A DNA stretch of 64,000 nt, taken from assembly GCA_951406725.2 (NCBI GenBank), contig OX597822.1:80414001-80478000 (forward strand). The letters run 5' to 3'. Position 1 is the first letter of the stretch; every line of letters begins with the position of its first letter. Source of the stretch: Octopus vulgaris. Taxonomy: Eukaryota. Below, piece after piece: positions 14,345 to 28,410 of this stretch. Under the pieces are notes generated by a model that did not search any database, was not told where the DNA came from, and saw nothing but the letters and a program-made list of their open reading frames with translations. Both the position numbers and the translations under genes were made by a program.

Positions 14345-14566
14345 TTTATTTACATTTGACAGATATTTGTCTTCCTCTTGTTTATTGTTAACAAAACGTT
14401 TCGACTAATATACCCTCTAACCTTCATCAGGTCTCTTGGGGAAATTTCGAACCTGGGTTCTCATTCCTAAGGTATTTTTTGGTGTTGTTGTTGTTGTTAT
14501 TATTATTATTATTCAGGTCAGAATCTTGGTGTTTGTAGCTCGAGGTCTTAACCACTACGCCATATG
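14345..14566 (-). mobile_element. tRNA-promoter + hammerhead repeat element (SINE/retrozyme-like)
   Basis: Minus strand has an A box TGGCGTAGTGG (~14562-14552), an (AAT)n/(AAC)n spacer, a B-box-like GGTTCGAAAT (~14454-14445), then an HHR. Confidence 0.65.
14391..14434 (-). ncRNA. Hammerhead ribozyme motif (canonical CUGAUGA core, decayed stems)
   Basis: CTGATGA-A-GGTTA-gagggtatat-TAGTC-GAAA-CG-TT. Stem II pairs with G-U wobbles; stem I pairs poorly. Confidence 0.65.
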
Positions 14567-14750
14567 TCCTTGGATAATTATGCAGTGAATTTTACGGCTT
14601 ATAAATCTAATATTTTACTATGTATATGATTCCTCATCTCTTAAATATAGAACTGTAGTTAAACCACTATTGGAACAAATTGATTGAAAACAATCTATGT
14701 ATAGTTCTACTTTAAATAGGTGTCTAACATTTAATTTTACACCCAAGATA

Positions 14751-14819
<69 letters not shown>

Positions 14820-15470
14820 AACAGATAGAGAGAGAGAGAGAGAGAATGAGAGAGAGTGAGGGAGATATCACGTATTTAATAGATAGATGGACAAAGAGAT
14901 AGGCATTTAGTGTATATCATAATCTTAATTCTTCCAGTTCCCCATGGTTTATCGGCAGAATAGAGCATATAGCTTTGTTGAAAGACAAAATTCAAAATGC
15001 CAGCTGTATTCCCGAGAAAACATACACCAAACATCAGCACACATCTATGGGGAAATCTATATAGAGCAAACAGAAGTAAAGAGTTAAACATTTTGGCCAG
15101 GATGATATTTATCAATAGCAAGAACATTCTTATAATCATTTGCTACATTCTGCAATGTGTTGTAGGGAACTAAAATCTATTATGAAAACTAAAAAGCGTT
15201 CGGATTATTAATTGTCTTTGGGACGCTATTGTTCCGAGTAGAACATAAACAAATAATATGAAACTAGGAAAAATCATAGATATAAATGATTTAACTTGGA
15301 AACAGTCGTATTTTCCGTATTAACATGCTTCAAAGAAAAGTTATCCACTGTATACACATATATAGGCATAGACAAATACACACTCACGCATGCATGTATA
15401 CAAACACACGGGTGAATATATATATATACATATATGTGTGTGTGTGTGTGTGTGTAGTAGCATATACAAA

Positions 15471-15514
<44 letters not shown>

Positions 15515-16466
15515 CCTACATATACGTATATGCATATGTTTGTCTAAACGAATGTGTGTTTGCATGTATATATATTTTCTTATGTATGTAAAGTATCCAT
15601 ATTGATTAATGGAAAGGTCAAAACCTGGTATTTACGTATATGTTTGCGTGTGTGTGTGTTTGTGTGTGCGCGTATGGTTCTGTGTGTATCTGTGTACGTG
15701 TATGTCTCCTTGTATACCTTCATTATACATTGTTACTCAAATGAAATAGTATGTCATATTTATCATTAAGTTATTACTTACCGCCTTAAATTTGGCACGT
15801 CGCATTGTTATTAAGATAACTGTCTAAGGATTTGGGCAACTTGGCACCTTGATAACGAATGAGATTCATTTTATAAATGTTTTATGTTAATGAATGTTTA
15901 TGGAACTGTGTGCAATTTTGTAACCTCTCATATACTTGTATATGTGTGTAATTTTTTAGTGTGTTTCCGCATATGTTTTTTTGCAAATATTCACGTGTGT
16001 AGTTATGTGTGTGGATAAGCATGATTGTTCACATGAGAGGAATTATATATATTCGCGTATATTTGACTGTCCGTGTCTGTGTATTGGTAGATATGTGTTC
16101 ATGCATACATATACGAAGGTGAATGTGCGTGTGTGTATATATATATATTAATTTGTATTTTTTAATATTTAACTTCATTCAGTCATTGGGCTGGGGTGAT
16201 GTTGGGGCATCGCCTTGAAATTTTTAGTGAAACAAATCGGCACATGTAGTTAATTCAAAGTCTATTACTTATTCTATCGATTTTTTTTGCCCAACCACTA
16301 TGTTACGGTGACGTATATAAAATCAACACATTTGTGAATCGGTGAAGGACACACACAAAGATATACTCACAAGCATAACCACACATACATACACGCACGC
16401 ACACAGGCGCACACACATATTATGTGTGTGTATTTATATAGGTATATATATATATATATATATATA

Positions 16467-16692
16467 TATTTCTTTACTGCCCAGAAGGGGCTAAGCATAG
16501 AGGAGACAAACAAGGACAGACGAAGGGATTGAGTTGATTATATCGCTCCCGGTGCGAAACTGGTACTTTATTTATCGACCCCGAAAGGATGAAAGGCAAA
16601 GTTGACTTTGGCGGAATTTGAACTCAAAACGTAACGACAGACGAAATACCGCTAAGCATTTCGCCCGGCGCGCTAATGTGTCTGCCAGCTCA
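16467..16692 (-). mobile_element. SINE family 1, subtype with CCCCTT.TGGGCAGTAAAGAAATA tail
   Basis: Reverse complement of the 44991-45222 unit. Confidence 0.88.
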
Positions 16693-18500
16693 GGTATATA
16701 CTTATACATATACACACACACATATATATATACAGACCTTCACACACACACACACTCACATGTACCTGCTACCTGGGCATAAAAATGAATATAATATCAA
16801 ATGACACTCAACTACACAGAATTCATCTATCTTTGACACGAAACAGGACATGTGATCTCTTATGTTACATAAGCATAAACCATAATGGACATTTTGTGAA
16901 CATTCCAGTTCGATATTAATTCTAACGCATCAAGACACAAAACCACACGTACGCGAGCCATTGCTCTCGCTCTCTTTCCTTCACTCTTTCTCCTCCTCCT
17001 TCTCCTCCTCCTCCTCCTCCTCCTCCTCCTCCTCCTCTTCCTGCTATCTCTCCCTGTAATACACACCCACGCACACTCTGCCTCAGTCTACAACAGTACA
17101 GATACGTAGACATTTGCGGAGATGCGTTGTGTGTATGTTTTCATGTGTTGAGTGAACACTTAAGAAAACTCTATTGGTCATCCTAATTGCCTCAAAGCTC
17201 TTGCGGAGTTGCTTTAACATTTACATCGTTGCCTAATTAGTATGTGTACGTACTTAACCATACAAACGATGTGTTGTGAAATAAAGGTTCTAATCGCGAC
17301 CTTATGTATTTGCCAATTATGTGCTTGAAACTATTTTCTTTTATCGCTATTTTTTGCCATTTCTTATGTAGTAGAATTATTATTTTGTAATTGAACTTTA
17401 ATCAATTCTTATCTCATTCCACACTATAAATATGTTCATTTTTTGTTCTTTTGTTTTGTTGCTATTCTTGTAAACCACTCAACAATCAGCAGCCAACTTT
17501 TGCACCTAACCTGTCCTTTTCTTTTCTTCAAAATCATACGATGTCAAGTGAGTGACATACGTAACAAAATCCAGCGCCAACAAAATGTCCCTGGTTTCTC
17601 GTCCCTTAGTATACTTGTCACCCGACTACCTTCCTCAATTTCTCGCTGTCTCTGGCCCATTTAATCACAAAATGTCTACATATATGCTGGTAATAATCAA
17701 TTTCTATTACATTTCCACTTTTTGCACTTTTCTCTACAAAGCCACTGCTTTCCCGTTATATATTCCTATACTTTAAATTAAGAAACTCAGCAAAGAAAAT
17801 ATGTGACACGTGATATGGACTCTATATTCTCAAGCAGATCTTGTATTCGTTCCTGTTTTGTTTACAAACACACACACACACACACACACAAGCAAACACA
17901 CGCACACATATATATAACAAGATAGATTCACATAATATATATAATGAAATTTTTTCTTCTTCTTCTTCTCCTCCTCCTCTCTCTCCTCCTCCTCCACCTT
18001 CTTCTTCTTCTTCTTCCCAGTTATATATTTATCTTCTAATGACTTGGTTTCATATATTTATATTTTGGTTTCATATATGTATATTTGTATGTTTGTATAC
18101 ACACATACATACACGCACACATACATACATACATACATACACACATACACACATACATACATACATACATACATACATACATACATACATACATACATAC
18201 ACACACATACATACATTCATGCGTGCATACATGTGTGTATGTGTTCATGTAAAAGATCAATATTCTACAATTCTTTTTCCCTTCTTGTTTTCTTTTCCAG
18301 AAATACGTCTTCCTCCCTGAAACAGTTTACTTCCCAAAGCAAATATTGATTTCTGCCTTGATGCCTATTCAATATCTTAATTCGCGAAAATATAATCAGA
18401 TTATCAGCACTGCCAACCTGTTTCCATATACATGCATACCTACATACATACAAACGTACAAACATACACACATACACATATATACACGTAGTACACACAT

Positions 18501-18542
<42 letters not shown>

Positions 18543-18634
18543 GCATACATATATATATATGTGGGTGTGTATAAATATATAAATATACATGTTTGACATT
18601 TATTTATGCTTGTTTATAAACCTCTTCCCACTTT

Positions 18635-18866
<232 letters not shown>

Positions 18867-19119
18867 AATGTATATATATATATTTAAATACTTACATATA
18901 TACATATATATGTATGTATTTATATTTGTTTATAAGTCTCTTTTTCTCTCTGTCTGTCTCTCTCTCTCTCTATATATATATCATTATATACACATGTTAT
19001 TACACTCACACAAGAAGCTAAACACTCGCACGTACAGATATGTTTGCACACATTGTCTGGATTACTACTCCTAACTGTGGTCACCGAAGATCTTCAAAAT
19101 GATGGCAGAACTTCAGACA

Positions 19120-19385
19120 ATCGAACGACGCAGTTTGACTCGGTGAAACTGTTTAGCATCCTGCCAAAGAATTTCAGAGATTTGTGAGTTTTAGATGAGG
19201 AGGTCTGCAGAAAATGTTTGGACAAATTTTCATCTGAAATAACAAATGAACAAACATGGCGGCTGTCCAATTCTGTACCTCAATGAAAATGATACAGAAA
19301 TGAAACGTAACCGCACTGGAATGCAACGCTCTAGCACGGCCTCAGCTTCTGGCTGAAAGCAGTGAAACAAAAAATAAAAAAAATA
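19120..19385 (+). mobile_element. LINE 3' end (CR1/L2-group-like) whose tail resembles the SINE family 2 tail
   Basis: KLFSILPKNFRDL*...CRKCLDKFSSEITNEQ resembles LFNxLPxxLR...FKxxLDxFLxxVPDEP. The 3' UTR CTCTAGCACGGCCTCAGC...GCTGAAA precedes an A-rich tail. Confidence 0.55.
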
Positions 19386-19435
19386 CTTTTATATGATCAC
19401 CAACAATCGTGTGTATATATTAATATTTTTGTTTT

Positions 19436-19575
19436 GGCGATTTTCTTTCTCCGTGTTCCCTTCCGATGAAGGGCTCTGCTCGAAGCGTGAAATACTCTGA
19501 GCGTCCAAAGTCACGGTACTTGTACCACATCCTCCCGTTGTTGTCTTTTCTTGCTTGTTCTTGCTTGGATTGACT
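19436..19575 (+). mobile_element. Short HHR-bearing non-coding element, family A
   Basis: Homologous to 48333-48526 and 60363-60545. HHR-like CCGATGA-A-GGGC-tct-GCTC-GAAG-CGT at 19463-19488. Ends GGATTGACT next to a TA/TACA microsatellite. Confidence 0.7.
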
Positions 19576-19630
19576 ATATACTTACATACATACATACATA
19601 CATAACTACATACATACATAAATACATACA

Positions 19631-19712
<82 letters not shown>

Positions 19713-19855
19713 TATGTATATATATATATTTATATATATATATGCACATATATATGTATATGTATGCATGTGTGTGTGTATACATCTATATCTTGGGGCT
19801 ATATTTCTGCGTATATATACAAACGCACAAGACATCATTAAATATAAATAAATAA

Positions 19856-19923
<68 letters not shown>

Positions 19924-20718
19924 TAAATATATGTATATGTATACACATGTATGTTAGCGTGTATGATTGGTAAAGTTAATAAATAAAATATATGAACATT
20001 TATAATAAAATGTATTAAAGATAAGACTTATAGATTTAAATCCAATTTAGACAGTAACAAAACCACCACCACCACAACAACAACAACAGCGGCAGCAGCA
20101 ATAATAATATTCAACAATTGAAAAGGAAAATGAGCAGGAACCAAAACTTAATATTAGAACATTTATTTAATTTTTTTTCAAATATAGATTACTACGCCAC
20201 GTATTTGAATTGATTAATAAATACCGAGATAAAAATATCGATAAGCATTCTGAATTAGTAAATGGAGTGAATAAGACACATACCCATACATAGATTCTAC
20301 TGCAGTACAGGAACAGTGCTAAGTAGCAGATGGTAAAGAGAAATAGTACTTTTGGTTTTTGCAAAACTTGAGATAGCGAAAATATAATAAATGCTTAACA
20401 GGTGCCCGGAAAAAAGAAAGTTATGTAAAACAGTTTAAAGTAATCTCCAGTTCTTAATCTTCGCTAATCTTTTAATAATTCGTTTAGTAGAAATTGAATT
20501 CTCTGTTTGAACTCATGTATTTGGGGGTGTGTGCGTGTGTATGTGTGTGTATGTGTATGAACGTATGTAGCATTTGTGAATCTACTTAGTTATATCTCAT
20601 TTGCGCAACGGACTGCGTGTTTCTGCATAGATGTGTGTATATATGTATATATATATACACATATACATATATACATATATATATATACATAGATATAGAC
20701 AAACACACACACACACAC

Positions 20719-20749
<31 letters not shown>

Positions 20750-21083
20750 CGTATATAAAGTTTATATAAGTATATAATTATACTTATATACACACGCACA
20801 CACGCATGTGTCTGCTTGCGTACGTGCATTTTGGTGAGTGTACATGTATATATGTATATATACTCACACAAACACATCTCTATCTATCTCTATATCTATT
20901 ATTATATCTATGAATACATAAATATATATATGTAGATATATATTCATGCATATATATACATATCATATATGTGTGTTTGTACCTCCATACATAAGTACAA
21001 AAACTGCAAAATACACTACTGAGATAGCTAATAATAACAATACTCAAAATATGATACAGACTGGCGTTGTAGTGCTCCAAATT

Positions 21084-21137
<54 letters not shown>

Positions 21138-21640
21138 TATATGCACACACATATATTCATTATTTATCTCTTCCCTATTTGCTGCGTCTTTCCATCTTTG
21201 ACAGAATAGTGTGTAAGTGGAGGAATATTTGGTTGCAATTTGAATCTCTGGAAATATAAAATCGCTGAAACGTTTTCAATTAATATTTTTGTTGTTTAAT
21301 CCCAGTTCTTTAATGCTTTCGCTGTCCTATCGTCTGCAATGTGAAATTTAGAAACTCTTCCATGTTCGAAAGCTCCCAGGTATATTGGAATGTTGCAGGA
21401 AACCTATATCTTGTTAATTATTGCTAAGAAAACATTTCTCGAGGTGTTTCTTCGTATTAAATTAAATTAGAGTGGAAGGAAGTGAGATTTAGTGAAAGAT
21501 AATATATTTGCTTTATGTATACAGAAAGTAGAGGAGAGAGTTAGATGGATGGATAGATGGATAAACACGTAAATGGATAGATACATACGTAAAATAGATG
21601 GAAATCGAAAAATAGAAAAGAATGGTAGATTGATAAAATA

Positions 21641-21802
21641 CCGTATTTTAAAGTGTATAAGGTATCCTTTTTTGTCAAAAATTAGGCTTTAAAAATAGGG
21701 GAGCTTCTTATACATGGGTAGTATTATAATCCCTTATAAAACCTATTTTCCAAATTTTAGGGCCAATAAATTAGAGGGATTACTTATACACTTTAAAATA
21801 GG
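21641..21802. mobile_element. pogo/Tigger-like MITE
   Basis: TA|CCGTATTTTAAAGTGTATAAG ... CTTATACACTTTAAAATA-GG|TA, i.e. ~21-bp TIRs and a TA target duplication. Confidence 0.8.
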
Positions 21803-21920
21803 TAGATACACACGCACGCGCACACACACGTACTTATATGAATATATAACAAAAGAGAGAAACAGAAAATTGAATTCACGAGATTTTTTATTAATTACAA
21901 CGATCGTTTCGACCCGTTAG

Positions 21921-22272
21921 CGCATGGGTGGCTGTGTGGTGAGAATCTTGCTTCTCATCCACATGGTTTTGCGTTCATTCCCACTGCGTGTCACTTTGGG
22001 CGAACACCTTCTACAATAGCCGCGGGCCGATTAAAGCCTTGTGAGTGGATCTGGTAAATGGATAATAACAGACCACTCCCTCGAATAGATATATATTTAT
22101 TTTTTTGTGTATGTGTGTGTGTATGTGTGTTACTGTTTTTATCCCCACTTGACAAATGGCTTAAAAAAGAGTCTATGACTGGGGCCGATTAATCGATTCG
22201 TTCAACAAAAATCTGTGATGGTTGTGCCACGGAATGGCTTCGGTCTAATTACTGAAACAAGCAAAAGATAAA
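21921..22272 (+). mobile_element. SINE family 2 (diverged, internal deletion)
   Basis: GTGGCTGTGTGGTGAGAATCTTGCTTC...CCCACTGCGTG...AAAGCCTTGTGAGTGGAT...ACTGAAACAAGCAAAAGATAAAAG. Confidence 0.75.
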
Positions 22273-22290
22273 AGGTAGACAGACAGACAT

Positions 22291-22603
22291 GCAAGAAGAA
22301 GAAAAAGAAGAAGAAGAAGAAGAAGAAGAAGAAGAAGAAGAACAAGAACAAGAACAAGAAGAAGAACAAGAAGAAGAAGGAGGAGGAGGAGAAGAAGAAG
22401 GAGAAGAAGAAAAAGAAGAAGAAGAAGAAGAAGAGAAAGAAGTAGAAGAAGAAGAAGAAGAAGAAGAAGAAGAAGAAGAAGAAGGAGAAGAAGGAGAAGA
22501 AAAAGGAGGAGGAGAAGAAGGAGTAGAAGAAGAAAAAGAAGGAGGAGGAGAAGAAGAAGAAAGAGGAAGAAGAAGAAAGAAGAGGAAGAAGAAGAAGAAG
22601 TAA

Positions 22604-22650
<47 letters not shown>

Positions 22651-22657
22651 CGAAGAA

Positions 22658-22689
<32 letters not shown>

Positions 22690-22773
22690 AGAGGAAGAAG
22701 AAGAGGGAAGAAGAAGAAGAAGAAGAAGAAGAAGAAGAAGAAGAAGAAGAAGAAGAAGAAGAAGAAGAAGAAG
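22291..22773. repeat. ~480-bp compound (GAA/GGA)n polypurine microsatellite
   Basis: Read directly. A smaller (GAA)n lies at 9087-9152. Confidence 0.97.
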
Positions 22774-23441
22774 GAGTGTTAGATTGATAGGTAGATGAAA
22801 GTGTTTCGAAATTTGAAAGACATGATCTGATATGTAGACATCTGTGATTTTCTTCATCTCTATCTATGTATCTGTCTCTGTATGCATGTACGTATGTATC
22901 GTTTTCAAGACAGGCAAAGAAAGGAGCGATGGGGAGGGAGAGAGGGAGGAGGGAGAGACAGAAGGAGAGATGTTCAAAGAAGCAACGACAACAACAATAA
23001 CAACAACTACTTCACTAGTAACATTCTTTTTGATAATGTTTGCAGAAAAAGGCCTCTCCTCGATGTACCATTAAGTTATTACACTAAATTGCGTCTTGCC
23101 TCAACGTGTTAATTGAAGGAGGAAACACTGAAAATAGGTTTTGCATTTCCGAATTTCTTAGCTAAGTGGCAAATGGTTTATTACTATAATTTGATTTACA
23201 CTCTGTGTGTGTGTTTGTGTGTGTTTGTGTGCGTGTGTGTGTGTGTGTGTGTGTATGGCTGCGCAAGCGCACTTATGTGTACAGGTATGCGTTCTCTATT
23301 TCTGCATAATGGTATGTATGGTAAATTGCGTATGGCGAGAAGTGCGTTTAGTATAAAGCTACTCACACACTCAGAGACATATACTGCCATACATGCATAT
23401 ATATATATGTATTCATGTGTCAACTGAATAGCATTTATATG

Positions 23442-23558
<117 letters not shown>

Positions 23559-23625
23559 GATTATAATTCCTTTTCCATTCATACATATATACATGCTTCT
23601 GTATCCCTCTTCGAATGTGTGTATA

Positions 23626-23675
<50 letters not shown>

Positions 23676-23678
<3 letters not shown>

Positions 23679-23831
23679 GTGTGGCAGTGTGTTAAGAAGT
23701 TTACAGGCCAACCACACGTTTTAATTTATGTCCAACATCATGGCACCTTGAGCAAGTGTCTTCTACTATAGCCTCGAGCCGACCAAAGACTTGTGAATGG
23801 ATTTGAAAGACAGAAGCTGACAGAACTCGTC

Positions 23832-23878
<47 letters not shown>

Positions 23879-24096
23879 GCGTGTGTGTGTGTGTATCTTG
23901 GGGTGGCTGTGTTTTTCTCCCCACCATCGCTTGACAACCGATGCTGGTGTGTTTACGTCCCCGCAACTTAGCGGTTCGGCACAAGGGCCCGATAGAATAA
24001 GTACTATGTTTACAAAGAATAAGTCCGCGGGTCGATTTGCTCGACTAAAGGCGGTGCTCCAGCATGGCCGCAGCCAAATGCCTGCAACAAATAAAA

Positions 24097-24100
<4 letters not shown>
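23676..24100 (+). mobile_element. SINE family 2 (tRNA head, internal (TA)n(GT)n tract, LINE-like tail)
   Basis: GTGGCAGTGTGTTAAGAAG head, GGCACCTTGAGCAAGTGTCTTCTACTATAGCC, an internal microsatellite, and the tail GGCGGTGCTCCAGCATGGCCGCAG...AAATAAAAGAAT. Confidence 0.88.
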
Positions 24101-24163
<63 letters not shown>

Positions 24164-24470
24164 GGAATTGGAGTTAACACGAATGTGTACGGTTGAACAT
24201 TTATTTTATTTGTATTTCTTGTTGACTCCAGCTTTCTCAGTTATCTATTCACACACTACAGAAGCCCAAATGTAGATCTGGAAGTACGTATTATACTTAC
24301 TACTGGATAGCGACGGGTGAAATCTGACGAGCTTTATACTGTACTCTACCACGTTCTCATATGTCGTTGCTCCATGAGCTGCGAGCGATACACTGGGAAA
24401 CTCAGAAGTATTAGCGAAGCCATTAAACGAAAGAGACCAAGCAATAATTTGAAAACTATCTACATTTAGT

Positions 24471-24635
24471 ATGACACTGTGCGACCGCAGTGGTAACAAC
24501 TCAGGCAATCGGCAAAAGAATCTGCCTTGTAGTTTTCTCCTCCACACTACAGCTCAGGACTGGCGCCCAACGATGACGGACCGTCTTCGGAGAAAACAAT
24601 TTCATGAGAGACCAGTTGATAGTGTCTATGAAGAT
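24471..24635 (+). CDS. Candidate first coding exon of an unidentified host gene (weak)
   Basis: Repeat-free, compositionally normal island at 24200-24780. A pyrimidine tract precedes AG at 24230-31 and 24239-40. ATG 24471 opens MTLCDRSGNN...RPVDSVYED, with a possible phase-0 donor GTTCGT at 24636. No recognised homology. Confidence 0.25.
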
Positions 24636-24839
24636 GTTCGTTCGTTGGTGCACACACCTAAAGTTTTTTTCCCAATGTTACGAGACTTCGGTTCAGTAAT
24701 GAGGTCAATGCATTGCTTGTTATGGATATGGCGTCGTACCTTTGTAAAGCAGAAGTGTAACTCTAACACCATATGAATTTGAACGACCTGGGTTAATAAA
24801 ATAGCTATGCTAACTTTGCATGACTTTCGATTCAACCTC

Positions 24840-24918
<79 letters not shown>

Positions 24919-25453
24919 ATGTGTGCGTGTGTGTGTCGTGTATATGTAAATTGCTTTCTGAGCAAGTTTGCTCCAACTTCATGTACTTTTACTTCCTATT
25001 ATTTATTTGTATGTGTCTCCAGGCGTACGTGCGAGTATATATGTGAACTACCATGTGCTCGCATATCTGCGCTGATCGCATGACCTGCTACGAGTTCTAT
25101 GGTCTGTAACAAAGCAATATCATTTTTGTTTAAATTGCAGTCAGTCTCGTTGGTTAAATGAAAACGTTGGCTTCCATGACAGGAGATTTCCACGCTCGTT
25201 ACACATGCTATCGTCTGCTTTTACAGAATTGCATTGGAAATAACAAATAAATTCCTAAAACAAAGAAGAGATATCGCATAATAAACGTAATGTTCGTTTG
25301 ATGAATAGCAATGGAACTACGTAAACATTGATAATGGGTCAGAGGTGGGTGAAATAAAAGTTTGAAAGGCCATATCGTTTGTAATATGTATTAATCATTC
25401 TACATCAGCATATTATCGAAAATGCTTCGCAGAATATATGAGGCGTACAAGTG

Positions 25454-25484
25454 TATGGAAACTTGTGTAGAAATATAAACGAGA

Positions 25485-25529
<45 letters not shown>

Positions 25530-25623
25530 TCAGTGACTGTATGTATGGGGCTTATGTAGGTATTTTTGTATATTCTTATGTATGTATGTTTATATGGAAA
25601 CTTGTGTGGAAATATAAACGAGA

Positions 25624-25654
<31 letters not shown>

Positions 25655-25718
25655 CCCACAAATCAGTGACTGTGTGTATATGTTTTTGTATATTCTTATG
25701 TATATATGTATGTTTATA
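25454..25718. repeat. Tandem duplication of a ~140-bp unit containing microsatellites
   Basis: TATGGAAACTTGTGT.GAAATATAAACGAGAAT...CACAAATCAGTGACTGT...TTTTTGTATATTCTTATGTAT occurs twice. Confidence 0.88.
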
Positions 25719-26069
25719 CGTACCTATGTATGTATGAATGTACACATCTTTTTATATGCCAATATATCTGTATAAATGTAGCGCAAGCATAATTATCCGA
25801 ATGTGCATGTAGCAATCTCTGCTTGTCTGCTTCTTTGTGTGTACAGATATTCCGCATACAAACAAATAGGGACTATATATATCCAGAAAAAAAACCTTCT
25901 TTAAGCACTGTGTAGGAATCAAAACTGGCTACCTAAATTACACGCGTTTTCAATAGACTGGTACGCCTAAAGAGGTGTATATACATTATGCATATTTAAT
26001 CAGCCTTTGTATCGATTAAATCTACGCAAATAGAGATATACGTGCATAATTATATACATTTGTGTATAT

Positions 26070-26109
<40 letters not shown>

Positions 26110-26544
26110 ACACGCATTCCCATGTCCACATTTAGATGTACTGTTTTTAGTGATTTTAGAGCTCGACAAACGATACCATTATGCATCTCCATCATGTGGT
26201 TACTACTGGAATTAGCACTATTACTAGTTATAATATACAGGGAAAACAGAGAGGAAGAAATAAACATAACAAACATACAATGCAGTTTCTTTATGTGGTT
26301 CTCTACGTATGTTTCACCATTCTGACTATTTGTAAAAGATGTAAATGGCGGCAATTTAGTAAACATTCTCTCTCTCTCTCCCGTTCTGTGACTGTCTCTC
26401 GTTCTCTGTCTCTCTCTGTTCCTCACATTCCCTGTTTCTCTGTCTCTTCCTTTCACCTCTTCTTCCCTTATATCAGTCACACTCATTATGCCATCACATT
26501 TCCCTCAACCGAACACTCTTTGTACCATTCTCATTTTATCATTT

Positions 26545-26723
26545 AATAGCCCAACCCCAACAGGGGGGCCAATTATTGATGTTTATTGAAATTCAACTAG
26601 CTTATCATTGAACTGGATGTTAGTTTAACATGTATGCAATGTTTCGTGAAGATTGGTACGCTGCTGTTCGCAGCGAGATGGTAACAGATAGACAGGCACA
26701 AATTGCCATTTATCTATATGGAT
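26545..26723 (+). mobile_element. Possible Helentron/HINE (DINE-1-like) non-autonomous 3' end
   Basis: TTTCGTGAAGATTGG...ACAGATAGACAGGCACAAATTGCCATTTATCTATATGGAT resembles HINE termini. A similar end lies at ~4880-4979. Confidence 0.4.
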
Positions 26724-27827
26724 GTGTATGTGTGTGTAAATAAATATGTATATATATGTACGTATATATCTTGTATACATTATGAAAGCAATTACATAAA
26801 TATATATTTATTTATATTATACATGTATATTATATGTATTTATAAAATATATATATATACATATTAATACATATATTTATAATATATATACATAATATAT
26901 ATATATATATGTATGTATGTATACTTGCTTTTATAACGTTTAAAAGATATCAAGGAAATAGAAGGTAATTTTATTCGGAATATTTCGCTGCATCAGTATA
27001 TAGATGTAACAATATAAACCGCACTCAGCATCGCCCTTGGAATGTTTTATCACTATGTGGAGGTATATCAAATTACCATATGTGTACGTGTGGTATAAGA
27101 ATATTTGTAAGTCAGTATATGTGTGTGTGTTTGCCTCGCTCTTCTAGTGTATATTATTTAATGTTCATACGAAATTTGCATTATTATGTAATATTAACAT
27201 AATTATTAGCCATTATGTTTCATTAAGGCTAATTTAAAATTTGAGAAAGGAACCTGACAGCTATCTTGCTATTTCTGTAAGTTTTGTTGATGGTGTTCTG
27301 GCCCTGTTGTTGTTGTTGGTGTTTTTGGTAGTGTTATTCTTGGCAGAGCTAAAGTTGTTTTGTTTTTGTTGTTTTATATGATGCTGATTGTGTCTATGAC
27401 ATTAATTAACATGATGAGAATGATGATTGTGATTACTACAGTATGATTAATCTAAACATAAGCAATAATAATATTATCTTCACTTACGGATACCATGATT
27501 ACACACACATACCATGTACAAACATATAGAGACATATTTAAATAACTTAACCCCACTCTGTCTCTCTCTGTCTCTCTCTTTCTCTCACTTTCTTTCTCTT
27601 TATATATATTTATATCAATAGATATATTTATATGTCTATGTGTGTGTGTGTATATATATATATATATACATACATACACACACACACACAAATATATACA
27701 TATATATATATATATCGATAGATATATTTATGTATATATATGTGTGTGTGCATACACATATATATACACATACCTATACCCACACACACATATATATATA
27801 TATACGTTCCCATACACACGCATATAT

Positions 27828-27883
<56 letters not shown>

Positions 27884-27917
27884 ATATATTTATATATATA
27901 TATATACATATATATAT

Positions 27918-27973
<56 letters not shown>

Positions 27974-28107
27974 GTAATGTGAGCCTCAAAGATGGCTTGC
28001 AGATATATGAAGTGTTACATAAATTTGCCAAATTATCTCAATAGCATCTAAGAATTAGTACCTTTTTTGTAAATTGTGTATATTAAATCATATCTATCAA
28101 TTTCACT

Positions 28108-28410
28108 GGTGAGTGGCTTAGTGATTAGGTATATGCGACTCATGATCGTAAGTCTGGTGGTTCGATTCCTAGCGGTGCTTTTTGTCCTTGAGCAAAACAT
28201 TTTTATTCATCTTGCTCCAGTTGACTCATTTGGCAAAAATGAGTTCTACTAGCCTCACCACATTCTGTGCCACGCCCAATCGCCCTGTGAAGTACGTTAA
28301 GGATGCGACTATCCGTGGAGCGTTCAACTACTGGCATATTAATTTCACGAGCAGGCTGTTCCGCTGATCGGATCGCTCGGAACCCTCGTCGTCGTAACCG
28401 ACGGAGACTG
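28108..28410 (+). mobile_element. SINE family 3 (tRNA head; tail CCTCGTCGTCGTAACCGACGGAG)
   Basis: A box TGGCTTAGTGA, B box GGTTCGATTCC, then TTGTCCTTGAGCAAAACA. The tail is shared with 39385-39656. Confidence 0.8.

Noticed and set aside
22249-22857. Poly-Glu / poly-Ser ORFs
   Set aside because: They consist entirely of the (GAA/GGA)n tract.
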